From Heterodontus francisci (lineage: Eukaryota): DNA of 64,000 bases. This document shows, piece by piece, positions 11,831 to 24,975 of the stretch. Within the stretch, counting starts at the first letter, position 1; each line of letters starts with the position of its first letter. A program made the position numbers and the translations under genes. The stretch lies in contig NC_090403.1 in NCBI RefSeq assembly GCF_036365525.1, positions 26,297,461 through 26,361,460 on the forward strand, written 5' to 3'. The notes under the pieces were generated by a model, which did not search any database, was not told where the DNA came from, and worked only from the letters and a program-made list of their open reading frames with translations.

Positions 11831-12772
11831 GAAAGTGGAATTGCAGCCGATTCTGATCCAGGAGCGACCGTCTGTGTTGCTGAATGGTGTGAGAGTGCGG
11901 CTGGATTCTGCTGGGATCTCTCACTGACACTGCCATGCTGTCGGATTTAATGTGTGGGATTACATTCGAAAAGTGAAAATATTCTGCAGGATTTTTGGAG
12001 TTTGTGCTATTTCTTTCTGATGTAAGGAATCGAAAAGCTGGAGAGTCCAGAGGCAGCAACTGGAAAATCCCCGGTAGAAAAACATTGAACCAGCTCTCGA
12101 TTCCAGTTCAACGTTGTGTGGGTTCAGATCACCGGGGCATGAAGGGAGAGTCTGTATTGGGGGGAGTGTGAACATGTATTGGGGGCTGTATTTTATAATC
12201 CGGGTTTAGAGAGACACTGACAGCGGTAATCCGGTGCCGCGGCTTTTAATGCTGACATTCGGCTCCAGAAAGAGCGATTCCCTTTTAAATCCATTCTCTC
12301 CCCGGTGTGCTCACATCGCGCTTTTACTGTTCACACTTCGCAGGTTGGACATTGCAGAGATCCCGGGTCACAGCCCAGGGTCACCGCTTGATGCCGAATG
12401 TCACCGCTCGGATTCACCTGTCGGAGAATCTGCTCTTTAAGTGGAAGAAGTTTGTCATTTCTGGGCTCTTTTCTGCGGTCATTTTCAGAGTTTGTTTGAA
12501 AGAAAATTTAATCTGCTTCGACTCTGAGTCCCAAAGTGATCCCGCTCCCTTTTCCTTCATCATTTCTTTCTTGTCTCCCTCCCGGGAAAGTGTCCGTGTC
12601 AGTTTCTCTGTGGAAATGAACCTTGTGTCAATTACATCGAAAGTGAAAGTGCCTCAGGGAAAGTGACGAGTTTTGTCATTTCCGAAAGGGAGGAGAGTTT
12701 GTAAACAGAGCGGGTCACACTGAGAGGGCTGAGGGGGAGCTGCAACAGGGTTTGGGATATCCGGGATATCCC
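11831..12772 (-). promoter_or_regulatory. IFN copy 1 upstream region with IRF-E/ISRE and NF-kB-like sites
   Basis: GAAAGTGGAA 11831-11840; GAAAAGTGAAAA 11968-11979; GGGATTTTCC (minus) at 12062-12071; TATAAAA (minus) 12191-12197; GAAAGTGAAAGT 12639-12650; tandem GGGATATCC/GGGATATCCC 12754-12772. TSS not determinable from sequence. Confidence 0.72.
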
Positions 12773-12905
12773 CGATTCCAAAGGGAATGTCACAAAATCA
12801 ATCTCATCTGAAACTGTGATCAAAAAATTCCGTCCGGGTGGATGTGGGACTGAGATCCCACGAGCACCAGCTTTAGACGGGAGAAAAACTGCAATTTAGA
12901 ATAAT

Positions 12906-13260
12906 TTTTTACTGATTAGATTAGAGATACAGCACTGAAACAGGCCCTTCGGCCCACCGAGTCTGTGCCGAACATCAACCACCCATTTATACTAATCCTA
13001 CACTAATCCCATATTCCTACCAAACATCCCCACCTGTCCCTATATTTCCCTACCACCTACCTATACTAGTGACAATTTATAATGGCCAATTTACCTATCA
13101 ACCTGCAAGTCTTTTGGCTTGTGGGAGGAAACCGGAGCACCCGGAGTAAACCCACGCAGACACAGGGAGAACTTGCAAACTCCACACAGGCAGTACCCGG
13201 AATCGAACCCGGGTCCCTGGAGCTGTGAGGCTGCGGTGCTAACCACTGCGCCACCCTGAT
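12906..13260 (-). mobile_element. V-SINE (tRNA-derived, shark HE1-like), unique to unit 1
   Basis: A box TGGCGCAGTGG, B box GGTTCGATTCC, V-domain-like TGTGTGGAGTTTGCA...CTCCGGTTTCCTCCCACA, 3' tail GGGCCGAAGGGCCTGTT shared with the CR1. The empty site (ataatgctgatgg) is seen in the three other units. Confidence 0.9.
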
Positions 13261-14231
13261 GCTGATGGTAACAGGATAATGGTGAATAAAACTGTAGGAA
13301 TTGTAAATAGTTTCGAATGGAGGCGGAAGGAGGGTTAGGGAATTTAAGGAGGAATGTTTAAAACACTGGTGGGTAACATAATAGGAAGTAGCAAGGACTC
13401 TTAGCAGCGCGTCCATTATAATCTTACACCGTGCCTTTATCATTCTGCATAATTGGACTTCCGAATGTCAACATCTTGTCACCCCATTGGGGTAGAGATT
13501 CCGCTTTGTAGGAATTCATGGGGAGAGCAAATAGATGGGGTTGTCCCCAATTTTGCCTCATTGCGCTCCGAACGAAATTGTATGTTTTGAGATCTTGTTC
13601 TCGAGTTTCCGCTCAAATTCGTTTGCCAATCCCCAAACGCAAAATCTGCCATGAACCAACAAATCGGTCAGGGATTTCAAATGTAGTTTTAATAAAACTG
13701 CCTTAAAATGTTCGATTAGATATTTAAGAGTGGAAACAGTTGCAGTTTGATTCATACAGCAGAAAATGGATTTATCACAAAAAGTAAACATTTTAAATGA
13801 CACTATCAATCCTGCACCTGTGAGATTTTAAATAACTGAAATTGGCATTTTAAAATATATAGGCCCATTTGTTAGTTTTATTTGGGTGCAATAGTCATTT
13901 TCTTCGTAAAGTAAACTTGCCGAATCTTGTCCTTATTGCCCAAATGAAGCACTTTAAGATTTGGATCCTCCGGAGAGGCCTGCAATTACAATGGTGATTA
14001 ATTTATCCTGGCAATAAAGCCACTATTTTGGCACAACCAGCTTCCAGTGCAATCTTTTTTGTGAACTGGCGTTGAGAGTGGAAACTCAATTTGCCCTGGA
14101 CGTAATTTGCAGGTAACAGCGGGCAATCTTTCACAGTTATTTCACTGACTTTGGGTGAGTTGCACTGAGAAAACCAGGACAAATAGTCATGTGGTAAGTA
14201 CAGAACTTGTGAACTGCTGAAAATAGAGACA

Positions 14232-14271
14232 TATTGTGGAAGCTTTTGGTCTTGCACTCATCAGGACAACA
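14232..14271 (-). ncRNA. Degenerate hammerhead motif (GAAA core changed to CAAA)
   Basis: TGTTGTC-CTGATGA-GT gcaag AC-CAAA-AGCT-TC-CACAATA. Homologues at 25898-25937, 40366-40405 and 52171-52210. Confidence 0.65.
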
Positions 14272-15298
14272 GGCAAGAATAACCAATGAAAGGGGAAACA
14301 ACAACTTATTCTGTTTGAGAACAGAGTGCTGATTGGTTGGTAAGTGAAATCTGATTGGTGGAGGCTTTGCCACGGAGCATGCACCAGTTTATGGTGACTG
14401 ACAGTTAACTGTCAAGCTTTGTTTGAAATTTAAACCAGGCAGCTTGACTGTGGTTGGTCAAGGCATTTCTCTGAGGAATGAACCAGCAAATGGCTGAAAC
14501 AGCGGCAATGTGTGTACATGTTCATTCTGTGTGCAACCAACAGAACCCTGTGTAATAAGGTATGTAGCTTCCAGTACACACAAATGCGCCACACTGTGAG
14601 CCCGACTGACAATCTTCAATTAGTTGTCAGTGTAATTCTTAGCATACTGCGGATTATTTAGCAAATGTTGTCCAATTGCAGAATCACATCTAATGTTGGA
14701 CTCTGTGTTCTGAGTTTTGCAACCAAGGGCTGGTTGGTTACGGCCTGTCCGTTGCCTGCTGCAAACAGTGGAAGGGACATGTTGTTTGATACAATTCACC
14801 AGTCTTTGGGATGTACAGCCTAAATACTAAGCATCACACTGGCATTGAAATTCATACATCACACAACTCACGTTGTGCGATAGGCAGGATGATGTTTGCC
14901 TTGACAGCAGCATCAGGTTAGTGGTGAACACCATGCGTGTTGCTACTGCATAGCGAACTTTACCTGTTGATCAATGTTTTGGGATACATTACCTCCAGGG
15001 TAATTTGAGGTAGACTGGGCATTTCTCATGGCCACAAATGATGGCCTTACGCACGTTTCTATGTTTCCGTGATTTCCAGTGAGAAATGATCTGATTAGGG
15101 TCACCAATGTCACACAGGATTTCATTGATTCACCCTATTTCAGCATCAAGCTTGCATGGTGAGCAAATGGCTCGGGCCCAATTTACGAGGTTGACCATGA
15201 AGTCAATCTTATAGCGCGTGGAACTGTAGGAATCCCAATGCGTGTATTGAACAATGAAGTATAAGATGTTGTTTTCCCTTACATTGGTTATTCCTGCG

Positions 15299-15338
15299 TG
15301 TTGTCCTGATGAGTGCAAAATGAAAAGCTTCGACAACA
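15299..15338 (+). ncRNA. Minimal type I hammerhead ribozyme motif
   Basis: Identical to 455-494. Confidence 0.8.
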
Positions 15339-17437
15339 TATCTCTATTTTAAGCAATTCTCAAAAACTAGGACAAGCGAGCGGAAAGTCCTCTTTGCTTT
15401 TTGTTAATTCTAAATTCCTATCCACCATTTATTTTGAGACTTGCATTATAAAATTGATGGTCTGAGTGCATAAAGGAAGCCACTTCAGATGAAAAGAGGT
15501 AGAGATTATGATGTTATTTCGTGGGTGGGAGACAGAGGAATGAATAGAGGTTCTATGGAATGTTCGGGATGCAAAGTGGCAATAAACTGAACCATTTGGT
15601 CGCTGCGTAAAAGATAATGGGAGATTGACTAACAATTTAGGTGAAGCTGTTTGTCAGCATTTATCATTGTAAATTGCTATGTCAGCATTTGAAATCCAAT
15701 TTTGACATGGCAACTGCCAAACTGCCATGATATAATTGCAGCCTTTGGTCATAAGGTTGCTCTTTCCATATCTTCCTATTATTCCATTGGAGAGAATAGT
15801 GCAAATTAATGGGAGGATTTGCAGGATGGTTAACAGTCTGACAAATGGCGTCTTGAGCATTCCTTCCATGGCCATAAACATACCAATTGACAGATTGATC
15901 AGTCCAAGACAACAGGAGTGTATTATAGGCTCCCATAAACCATGCGGAGTATGGGGAATCTATTGGGTACATGTGCCCACGTGGATGTCAACCCAGAATT
16001 CAGAACCAGAATTTGGATCCTCCGTTGAGACACTCTAGCATATCCCATCCTCTGACCCGAGGCAGTAATCATAATACTAAGCCAAAGGTTCACTCTAGGC
16101 CCTGGCGTGATCCTGTGGAATAAGTCTCTGAAGTTTTCCAACATGCATAGAAAAAATGTATATTGATTAATTGACTGTGGACAAAGCCAGGGGAAATGTA
16201 TTAATAAGAACTAACAGGACAGTCAGTGAAGGGCTGTGTGCACTTGTGGATGAATGAAGACTTGTGTTTGAACAAATGGTAGAAATATTGAGATGAATAC
16301 ACAAAAGCAAGGATGAAGTGCATATCAGTGGACCAAAGGGAAGGGAGGATAAAAACAAGTAAGTGTGACTGACAGTAGAAAATACACCAGGTCCAGATCA
16401 TATGCAGTCTAAGAAACTATGAAATAAGGTCAATGAGAGAAAGAACAAATCATAATTTTCCTATCAACTTCAGAAACAAGTATTGTGCCAAAGGATTGCA
16501 GGGTGGCAAGATATTAGACTTAATTCAGCTGTATGTAACTCTATGGAGTCCATAGTATGGGGTGAAATAATTGAGAAGTCGGAGAAGCATGAGGGACAGT
16601 CAACACGAATCTGTAAATAATAACAATGAGAAAAGAGTGGAAAATCAGGAAAATTGGGTTTGAAATGGATTGACAGCTTTGAGCAGTGAGGGAAAATCAG
16701 ACAGCAGAGAGAGGAGACTTGAGCAGAGATTGTATCAGTAATAGACAGCAAGGAGGAAAATCCAGAGCATTTATAGTGAGTATGGAAAACTGATCAACAC
16801 AAATGAGAAATAGATATTATTCTTGTAATTGTGAATTATTGAAAACAATTTATTTACACCAACATATGTTCATTCAGTATAAAAGATTTCCAGTTTACAA
16901 AAACATTGTCTATCCCACAACTCTTAATAAATATCAATAAGTTAATTTTTAAACTCACTTTACACATTGTATAACACTGTAACATTTCATGCTGTGAACA
17001 AATCACAACAATAAATATCAATGAATTAGGATGAATTGAGATGGATTGTAGTTTGGGCTCTTTGGAGAGCAGAATTGTAAAGGTCAGTGTGACTCAGAGT
17101 TCATTGATCTGCAAACCTACACCCTTGAAAGCCCAATAGTGCATTCAAAACCAGACTCCCCACAATGAGCCCTTTAGCATTTCATCACAGGAAATTATCA
17201 CAGCAATAAATATCAATAAATTAAAATAAATAATTAAATATGAAACAATATTAAGCCAGTCATTGTTCTCTATCGGTCATTTTGCTGCCAATGGCATCAT
17301 TACAGCAATCCAATTAAATTAAAATATTAAATAAAATAAATACTGTTAAATAAAATATATGTAGTTATACATTTAAGGCATTTAAAATAAATATTTATTT
17401 TTTCCAGTCTGTACTGAAACATGTCTTTGGAAAGTCT

Positions 17438-20400
17438 TCAGTTTCTTCTTCTGATTTTTGCTGTTATAGCAAGGATCTGTTGTAAACAGGCTCTGGTCTC
17501 AGTGCGGATTATTTCCCAGGCACAGTCACTGAATATCTGAAGGAAGGAAATATTCGGGAAAATCCATTAGAGAATCAATAGATTTAAATGGGGTGAAATG
17601 AACTACATGCTAGTAATTACACAGAAAATACCAATTGTCCCACCTTCTGTTTGAGAAACTTTTCCAGTTTCCTGAAGTATTTGTGAATGGCAGTGTTGCT
17701 CCTGGGCTTGGACTCTGATCTCAATTTCCAGACACATTCTTCCATCTCTCCGAGTTGCCGATCGAGGAGAAGACGAAAGTTTTCCACCTTGTCTCGGGGC
17801 CATGTGACTGAGCCCAGGTTCATGCTGTAGATCTTGTTGATGTGACGCAGGGTTTGATGGACAATCTGGATCCTGTCCTGGGCCTGTGCACAATAGACAC
17901 AATAACATTAGAGGGGGTCTTATACCTTTTCGGTTTAAAGTAGTTATGGAAAGGAACAAGGAATAGGTCAACAGTAAATAAGCAACGGGAGGCTTTAATA
18001 GTGAAGACATCTTGGATACAGACTGGTCTCATTCCTCTGAAGCAGAAAGTAAGGACATGCAAAATTCGAGCTCCGTGGATATAGAGCTTAAATAGATAGT
18101 GAAAAGGAAGGCTTCTCATAAATATTAGGCTCATAATAACGTGGGGAACGAAGCTGAATATAAACAGTGCAGAGAAGAACTATCAAAGAAATGAGGGGCA
18201 GAGTGCATAAAAAATGGACTAGCTGCAAACAAAAAAGGGAAGCTACAAATCTTTTACAAGCATGTAAAGGGAAAGAAGGGGTAGTAATTAGTGGCCGGAA
18301 AAGCAATTTTCTTCTGGAGCAGGGGGTACAGCTGAGGATCTAAATGATTAATTTGCACGTGTCTTCACTAAATAGGATGGTTCGAATATCACAGTGAAGA
18401 TGGGTGTTTGGCAGAGGTGGAGGTAGAAGAAAAATTGGATAGGGTGAAAATAGATACAGAGGAGGCAGTTAAAAGATTGGTGGCACTCTACGTAGGAAAG
18501 TCACGCAGTCTGGATAGAATATGTCTCAGGTTGCTGAGGAAAGTAAGTGCTGAAATAATGGAAGTTCTGGCCACAATTTTCCAGTCCTCCTCAGATGTGA
18601 GAGTGATGCCAAAGGACTGGAAGTTTTCTGCCTGTTCAAAAAAGAAAGAGGGTAAACTTGACAACCACAGGCCAGTTCGCCCTTCATGGGTGGCGGGAAG
18701 TTTGTCGACAGTATTTTTCCAAGGTAAAAGGAATTGTCACTTACCAAAATATGACTTAGTAAATGTCAACCAGTAAAAATTTGTTAAGGTAAAATCATGA
18801 TGCCTAACTTGATTGAGTTATTCGATCAAGTAGCAGAAAGGATTGCTGAGGGAGGTGTGGTGATTGTTGTGTATGTAGATCTTCAAAATATCTGTATACG
18901 GATTTGCTGAATTGATGGTGAAAAAATTCAATAATAGGTTTGAAAGGGAAATTGAGTAAATAGTTGAAGAGGAAAGGTTTGCATGGCTATGGGAAATAGT
19001 GAGGGGAGTGGGAATAATTGGATAATTCATTCAAAGAGCCTGCACAAGCATGATGAGCCACATGGCCTCTTCTGTACCATTCAATGATTCGATGACTTAA
19101 CCTGCCCTGATGGTGCAAACCACACAGCCAATCACTGTAGCTCAGGAGTGAGATGGTTAGAGGGAGGCAGATTGTTACATTGTGTAAGATGAATGGGTGA
19201 GTTTAGATAATTAGAGGAAGTGAGATGATGAGAAGCAAGGTAATTTGACAAGATTCATGGTTAACATAGATGGAGGGTGTGAAATGGTTAAAAGAATGAT
19301 TAGGGGACACTGGTGTACTGATAATGTTACTTGAATACTAATTCAGACGCCAGGAAAAAGCTCTGGGGACATGAGTCCAAATCCCACCAGAGTGGCTGGT
19401 GGAAATTAAATATAATTATTAAATCTGCAGTTAAAAGCTAGTCTCATTTATGGTTACCATGAAACTATTGGATTGTCAATAAAAACACATCTATTTCATC
19501 AATGCCAAATCTACTGTCCTTACCTGGTCTGGCCTATATGTGACTCCAGACCCGACTCTGAAAGGGCCTAGCAAGCCATTCAGTTGTATCAAACCACTGT
19601 AGAAAAGTTGAATAAGAATAAAACTGGACAGATTGACCACAGCACCAGAAATGACAATGGCAGACTCTGACCAGTCAACCCTACAAAATCCTCCTTACTA
19701 CTTATCTGGGGATCTGTGCCAAAATAAAGAGAACTGTCCCACAGACTGCACAGGTTTGCCTGGCAGATTCATACTCACTGAATCATGCCATAGAGCCATT
19801 GTCCCAGACTACTCCATCATCATCGAAATGGGACAAGATACAGCCAGCAGAGTTAGTTGCACAGTATTAAACAGTGGGGAGGGAGTGTCCTCAACATTGA
19901 TGCCAGACCCCATGAATTCTTACACCATCAGGCCAAACATGGGCAAGGAAATCACCTGCTGATTACCACCTAAAACCTCCCTCAGACAATCAAACTTGCT
20001 CTGCCACACAATAAGATCATGGCTGATCCGATTGTGACATTAACTCCACTTTCCTCCCTTAACCAGCACCACCCCCATATCTCTTGACTCCCTTGTAGAT
20101 CAAAAATCTGTCTAACTCAGCCTTGAATATGTTCGGTGAATCACCCACCACTGCTCTCTGGGGAAGAGAATTCCAAATATTAAAGACCCTCTGAGAGAAG
20201 AAAGACCTCCTCGTTTCCATCTTAAAAAGAGACTCCTTATTTTAAAATTGTGCCCCCTTGTCTATCTCATGAAGAAAAACATCCTATCAGCATCTACGCT
20301 GTCAAGCCCCCTCAGAATATTATATGTTTCAATAAGATCACCTCTCATTCTTCTAAACTCCAATGAGTATAGACCCAACCTCCTCAACCTTTCCTCATAA

Positions 20401-23371
20401 GACAACCCTTTCATCCTAGGAAACAGCCCAGAGAGCATTTGCTGAACTGCTTCCAATGCATGTATATCCCTCAGATGATGAATCAGCACTCCTTCATGTT
20501 TAACACCACTTTGAGGAAGCAGTGTGGGTCGTAATGGCACAGAATGTACTCTTGGTGGAGAACCTCAATGCCCATCACCAAGAGTGGCTCAGTAGCAGCA
20601 CTACTGACCGAGCTGGTCCAGTCCTGATGGATGTAACATCCAGACTGGGCCTGCAGCAAGTGGTGATGATCCAGGAAAAAGGAAATTTGCCTGACATCAT
20701 CCTCACCAAGCGACCTGTTGCAGATGCATCTGTCCATGACAGTATTGGTAGGAGTGAGTACCACATAGTCCTTATGGAGGTGATGTCCTGTCTTCACTCT
20801 GAGGATACTGTCCATTGTGTGCAATGGCACTACCACGGTGCTAAATGGGATACATTCAGGACAGATCTAGCAGCTGAAAACTGGGCATCCATGAGGCACT
20901 GTGAGCCATCAGCAGCAGCAGAATTGTATTCAATCACACTCTGTAACTGCATGGCCTGACATATCCCTCACTCGACCATCACCATCAAGCCAGAGGATCA
21001 GACCTGGTTCAATGAGGAGTTTAAGAGAGCAAGCCAGGAGCAGCACCAGGGATACCTAAAAATGAGATATCAACCTGGTGAAGCTACCACACAGGACAAC
21101 ATGCATGTTAAACAGCGGAAGCAGCATGCCATAGAGCTAAGAGATCCCACACCAATGGATCAGATCAAAGCTCTGCAGCCCTGCCACATCACGTTGTGTA
21201 TGGTGGTGGACAATTAAACAACTAACAGGGGGAAAAGGCTCCACAAACATCCCCAGTGTCAATGTTGGGGGAGCCCAGAACATTAGTGCAGAAGACAAGG
21301 CTAAAGTATTTGCATCCATCTTGGCCTCCTCGTGAGGTCCCCAGCATCATAGATGCAAATCTTCAACCAATTCAATTCACTCCACGTGATTTCAAGAAAT
21401 GGCTGAAGGGACAGGATACAGCAAAGGCTATAGGGCCTGACAACATCCTGGCAGTAGAATTGAAGACTTGTTCTCCAGAATAAGCTGCACCCTTAGCCAA
21501 GCTTTTCCAGTACAGCTACAACATTGCGATCTACCCAACAAAGCAGAAAATTGCCCAGGTGTGTCATGTGCACAAAAGACAGTACAAATCCAATCTGGCC
21601 AATTTCCATTCCATCAGTCTGCTCTCGATCATCAGCAAAGTGCTGGAGGGTGTGGTCAACAGTTCTATCAAGTGGCACTTACACAGCAATAACCTGTTCA
21701 CTGATGCTCAGTTGGGGTTCCAACAGGGCTATCCAGCTCCAGGCCTCATAATAGCCTTGGTCCAAACATGGACAAAAGGGCTGAATTCAAGTGGTAAGAT
21801 GAGTGACTGACTTGACATCAAGGCAGCATTTGACTGAGTGTGGCATCAAAGAGCCCTAGCAAAATTGAAGTCAATGGGAATCAGGGGGTAAACTCTTCAT
21901 TGATTGGAGTCATACCTAGAACAAATGAAGATGATTGTGGTTGTTGACAGCCAAACATCTAAGCCCCAGGACATCGCTGCAGGAGTTTCACAGGTTAATG
22001 TCCCAGACCTAACCATCTTCAGCCGCTTCATCAATGACTTTCCCACCATCAGAAGCTCAGAAGTGGGAATGTTCACTGATGACGTTATTCAGTATCAACC
22101 GTGACTCCTCAGGTACTCAAGCAGTTCATCTCCACCTGCAGCAAGAGCTGAACAACATTCAGGCTTCGGCTGATAAGTGACAAGTAACATTCATGACCAC
22201 AAGTGCCAAGCAATGACCATCTCCAACAAGAGAGAATCTAACCATCTCCACTTGATATTCAACAACATTACCATCACTGAATATCCCACTATCAACATCC
22301 TGAGGGTTATCATTGACCAGAAACTTAACAGGACCAGTCATATAAATACTGTGGCAACAAGAGCAGCTCAGAGGCTGGTAATTCTGCGGGAGTAATTCAC
22401 CTCCTGACTCCCCAATGCCAGTCCACCACCTACAAGGCACAAGTCAGGAATGTGATGGAATACTCTCCACTTGCCTGGATGAGTGCAGCTCCAACAACAC
22501 TCAAGATGCTCGACACCATCCAGGACGAAGCAGCCCAATTGATTGACACCTGATCCAACACCTTCAACATTCTCTCCCTCCACCAGCATTGCAGTGTGTA
22601 ACTTGTACAAGATGCACTGCAGCAAATCACCAAGAATTCTTCGACAGCACTTTCCAAAGCTGCAACCTCTACCACAGCAGCTGCTTGGCAACACTATCAC
22701 CTGCGTGTTCCCCTCCAAGCTACAAACCATCCTGACTTGGGAGTATATCGCCGTTCCTACACTGTTAGAATTAAGGAGAAAGTAAGTGCTGTCATTGTGA
22801 GTGATGTAGTTAGTGAGTGAATGACTGAGTAGTTCTGCTGTCATTCTCACACCAATGGGCGGAAAACACTGGATTTAAATTTCCTGGTGTTGAAATTTCT
22901 GATCAGGTTGATGATCTTACTCATACTCTCAATAAAACTCCAGTTCGAATAAAATAAACCCAGTGTTCACTCACCTCGAATCCCTTCGAAAGTTTCATCA
23001 GGTTCAAGGGCTTGGTTTTCAGTGAGAGCCTCTGTTTTACACACTGTCGAGGAAAGGGACCGCCCTGAGAGGAGATAACAATCACTGTTACAATCAGCCC
23101 CAGAAACTGAAATACTACAGAATCACTGACTATTAATTAGCAAAATTATAAACTGCAAACTATTTCTCCTGATATGGCTTTTCACAACAAACAAACCCTG
23201 TGTGGTCCGGTTATGGTTCTGAATGTGTTTTAAACTCACCATTTCATTCAGTTTGCTCAGAGTCTCTGTGTTGAGAACTTGCTGTAACTGCAACCTCTCA
23301 CAGCCCAGACTCAGGGTCCCGGGCAACAAGACCAACACCATCCAAAATCTCCAAACACTGGGCAAAGCCAT
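17438..23371 (-). CDS. ifn1: Type I interferon, copy 2 (4 exons, 186 aa)
   Basis: Exons 23371-23240, 23064-22975, 17883-17644, 17536-17438; intact frame and splice sites. Differs from copy 1 by H51Q, S78R, L121M, K137N, V177A. Confidence 0.95.
18021..22766 (+). mobile_element. Intron 2 block of decayed LINEs (old CR1, L2/CR1-group LINE, nested inverted CR1 at about 19991-20466)
   Basis: Collinear with 6380-11127. Confidence 0.8.
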
Positions 23372-23469
23372 CCCAAGCGACCCAGAGTAAAACACTGATC
23401 TGAAGGATGAGTAACCGACGGCTTCGATGTTCAGCGCCAAAACGCTTCTTGTTCACTGACTTAAACTGT

Positions 23470-24259
23470 GAAAGTGGAAATGCAGCCGATTCTGATCCAG
23501 GAGCGACCGTCTGTGTTGCTGAATGGTGTGAGAGTGCGGCTGGATTCTGCTGGGATCTCTCACTGACACTGCCATGCTGTCGGATTTAATGTGTGGCATT
23601 ACATTCGAAAAGTGAAAATATTCTGCAGGATTTTTGGAGTTTGTGCTATTTCTTTTTGATGTAAGGAATCGAAAATCTGGAGACTCCAGAGCCAGCGACT
23701 GGAAAATCCCCGGTAGAAAAACATTGAACCAGCTCTCGATTCCAGTTCAATGTTGTGTGGGTTCAGATCACCGGGGCATGAAGGGAGAGTCTGCATTGGG
23801 GGGAGTGTGAACATGTATTGGGGCTGTATTTTATAATCGGGTTTAGAGAGACACTGACAGCGGTAATCCGGTGCCGCGGCTTTTAATGCTGACATTCGGC
23901 TCCAGAAAGAGCGATTCCCTTTTAAATCCACTCTCTCCCCGGTGTGCTCACATCGCGCTTTTCCTGTTCACACTTCGCTTGTTTGAAAGAAAATTTAATC
24001 TGCTTCGACTCTGAGTCCCAAAGTGATCCCGCTCCCTTTTCTTTCATCATTTCTTTCTTGTATCCCTCCCGGGAAAGTGTCCGTGTCAGTTTCTCTGTGG
24101 AAATGAACCTTGTGTCAATTACATCGAAAGTGAAAGTGTCTCAGGGAAAGTGACGAGTTTTGTCATTTCCGAAAGGGAGGAGAGTTTGTAAACAGAGCGG
24201 GTCACACTGAGAGGGCTGAGGGGGAGCTGCAACAGGGTTTGGGATATCCGGGATATCCC
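23470..24259 (-). promoter_or_regulatory. IFN copy 2 upstream region (IRF-E and kB-like sites; 150-bp deletion)
   Basis: Same motifs as copy 1. The proximal site reads GAAAGTGGAAA. Deletion junction at 23978/23979. Confidence 0.7.
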
Positions 24260-24975
24260 CGATTCCAAAGGGAATGTCACAAAATCAATCTCATCTGAAA
24301 CTGTGATCAAAAACTTCCGTCCGGGTGGATGTGGGACTGAGATCCCACGAGCACCAGCTTTAGCCGGGAGAAAAACTGCAATTTAGAATAATGCTGATGG
24401 TAACAGGATAATGGTGAATAAAACTGTAGGAATTGTAAATAGTTTCGAATGGAGGCGGAAGGAGGGTTAGGGAATTTAAGGAGGAATGTTTAAAACACTG
24501 GTGGGTAACATAAAAGGAAGTAGCAAGGACTCTTAGCAGCACGTCCATTATAATCTTACTCTGTACCTTTCTCATTCTGCATAATTGGACTTCCTAATGT
24601 CAACATCTTGTCACCCCATTGGGGTAGTGATTCCGCTTTGTAGGAATTCATGGGGAGAGCAAATAGATGGGTTTATCCCCAATTTTGCCTCATTGCGCTC
24701 CGAACGAAATTGGATGTTTTGAGATTTTGTTCTCGAGTTTCCGCTCAAATTCGTTTGCCAATCCCCAAACGCAAAATCTGCCATGAACCAACAAATCGGT
24801 CAGGGATTTCAAATGTATTTTTAATAAAACTGCCTTAAACTGTTCGATTAGATATTTAAGAGTGGAAACAGTTGCAGTTTGATTCATACAGCAGAAAATG
24901 GATTTATCACAAAAAGTAAGCATTTTAAATGACACTATCAATCCTGCACCTGTGAGATTTTAAATGACTGAAATT

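Larger units (their letters stand above)
14200..15363 (-). mobile_element. Penelope-like retroelement remnant with inverted terminal repeats
   Basis: Minus strand: RT thumb-like segment, then a decayed GIY-YIG domain (MYEFQCQCDA*YLGCTSQRLVNCIKQH...SAIGQHLLNNP...LEATY). About 105-bp inverted repeats at about 14208-14312 and 15258-15363, each with a hammerhead motif. Confidence 0.85.

Noticed and set aside
13195-13256. tRNA gene
   Set aside because: It is the tRNA-derived head of a SINE, continuous with the V-domain and the LINE-like tail.
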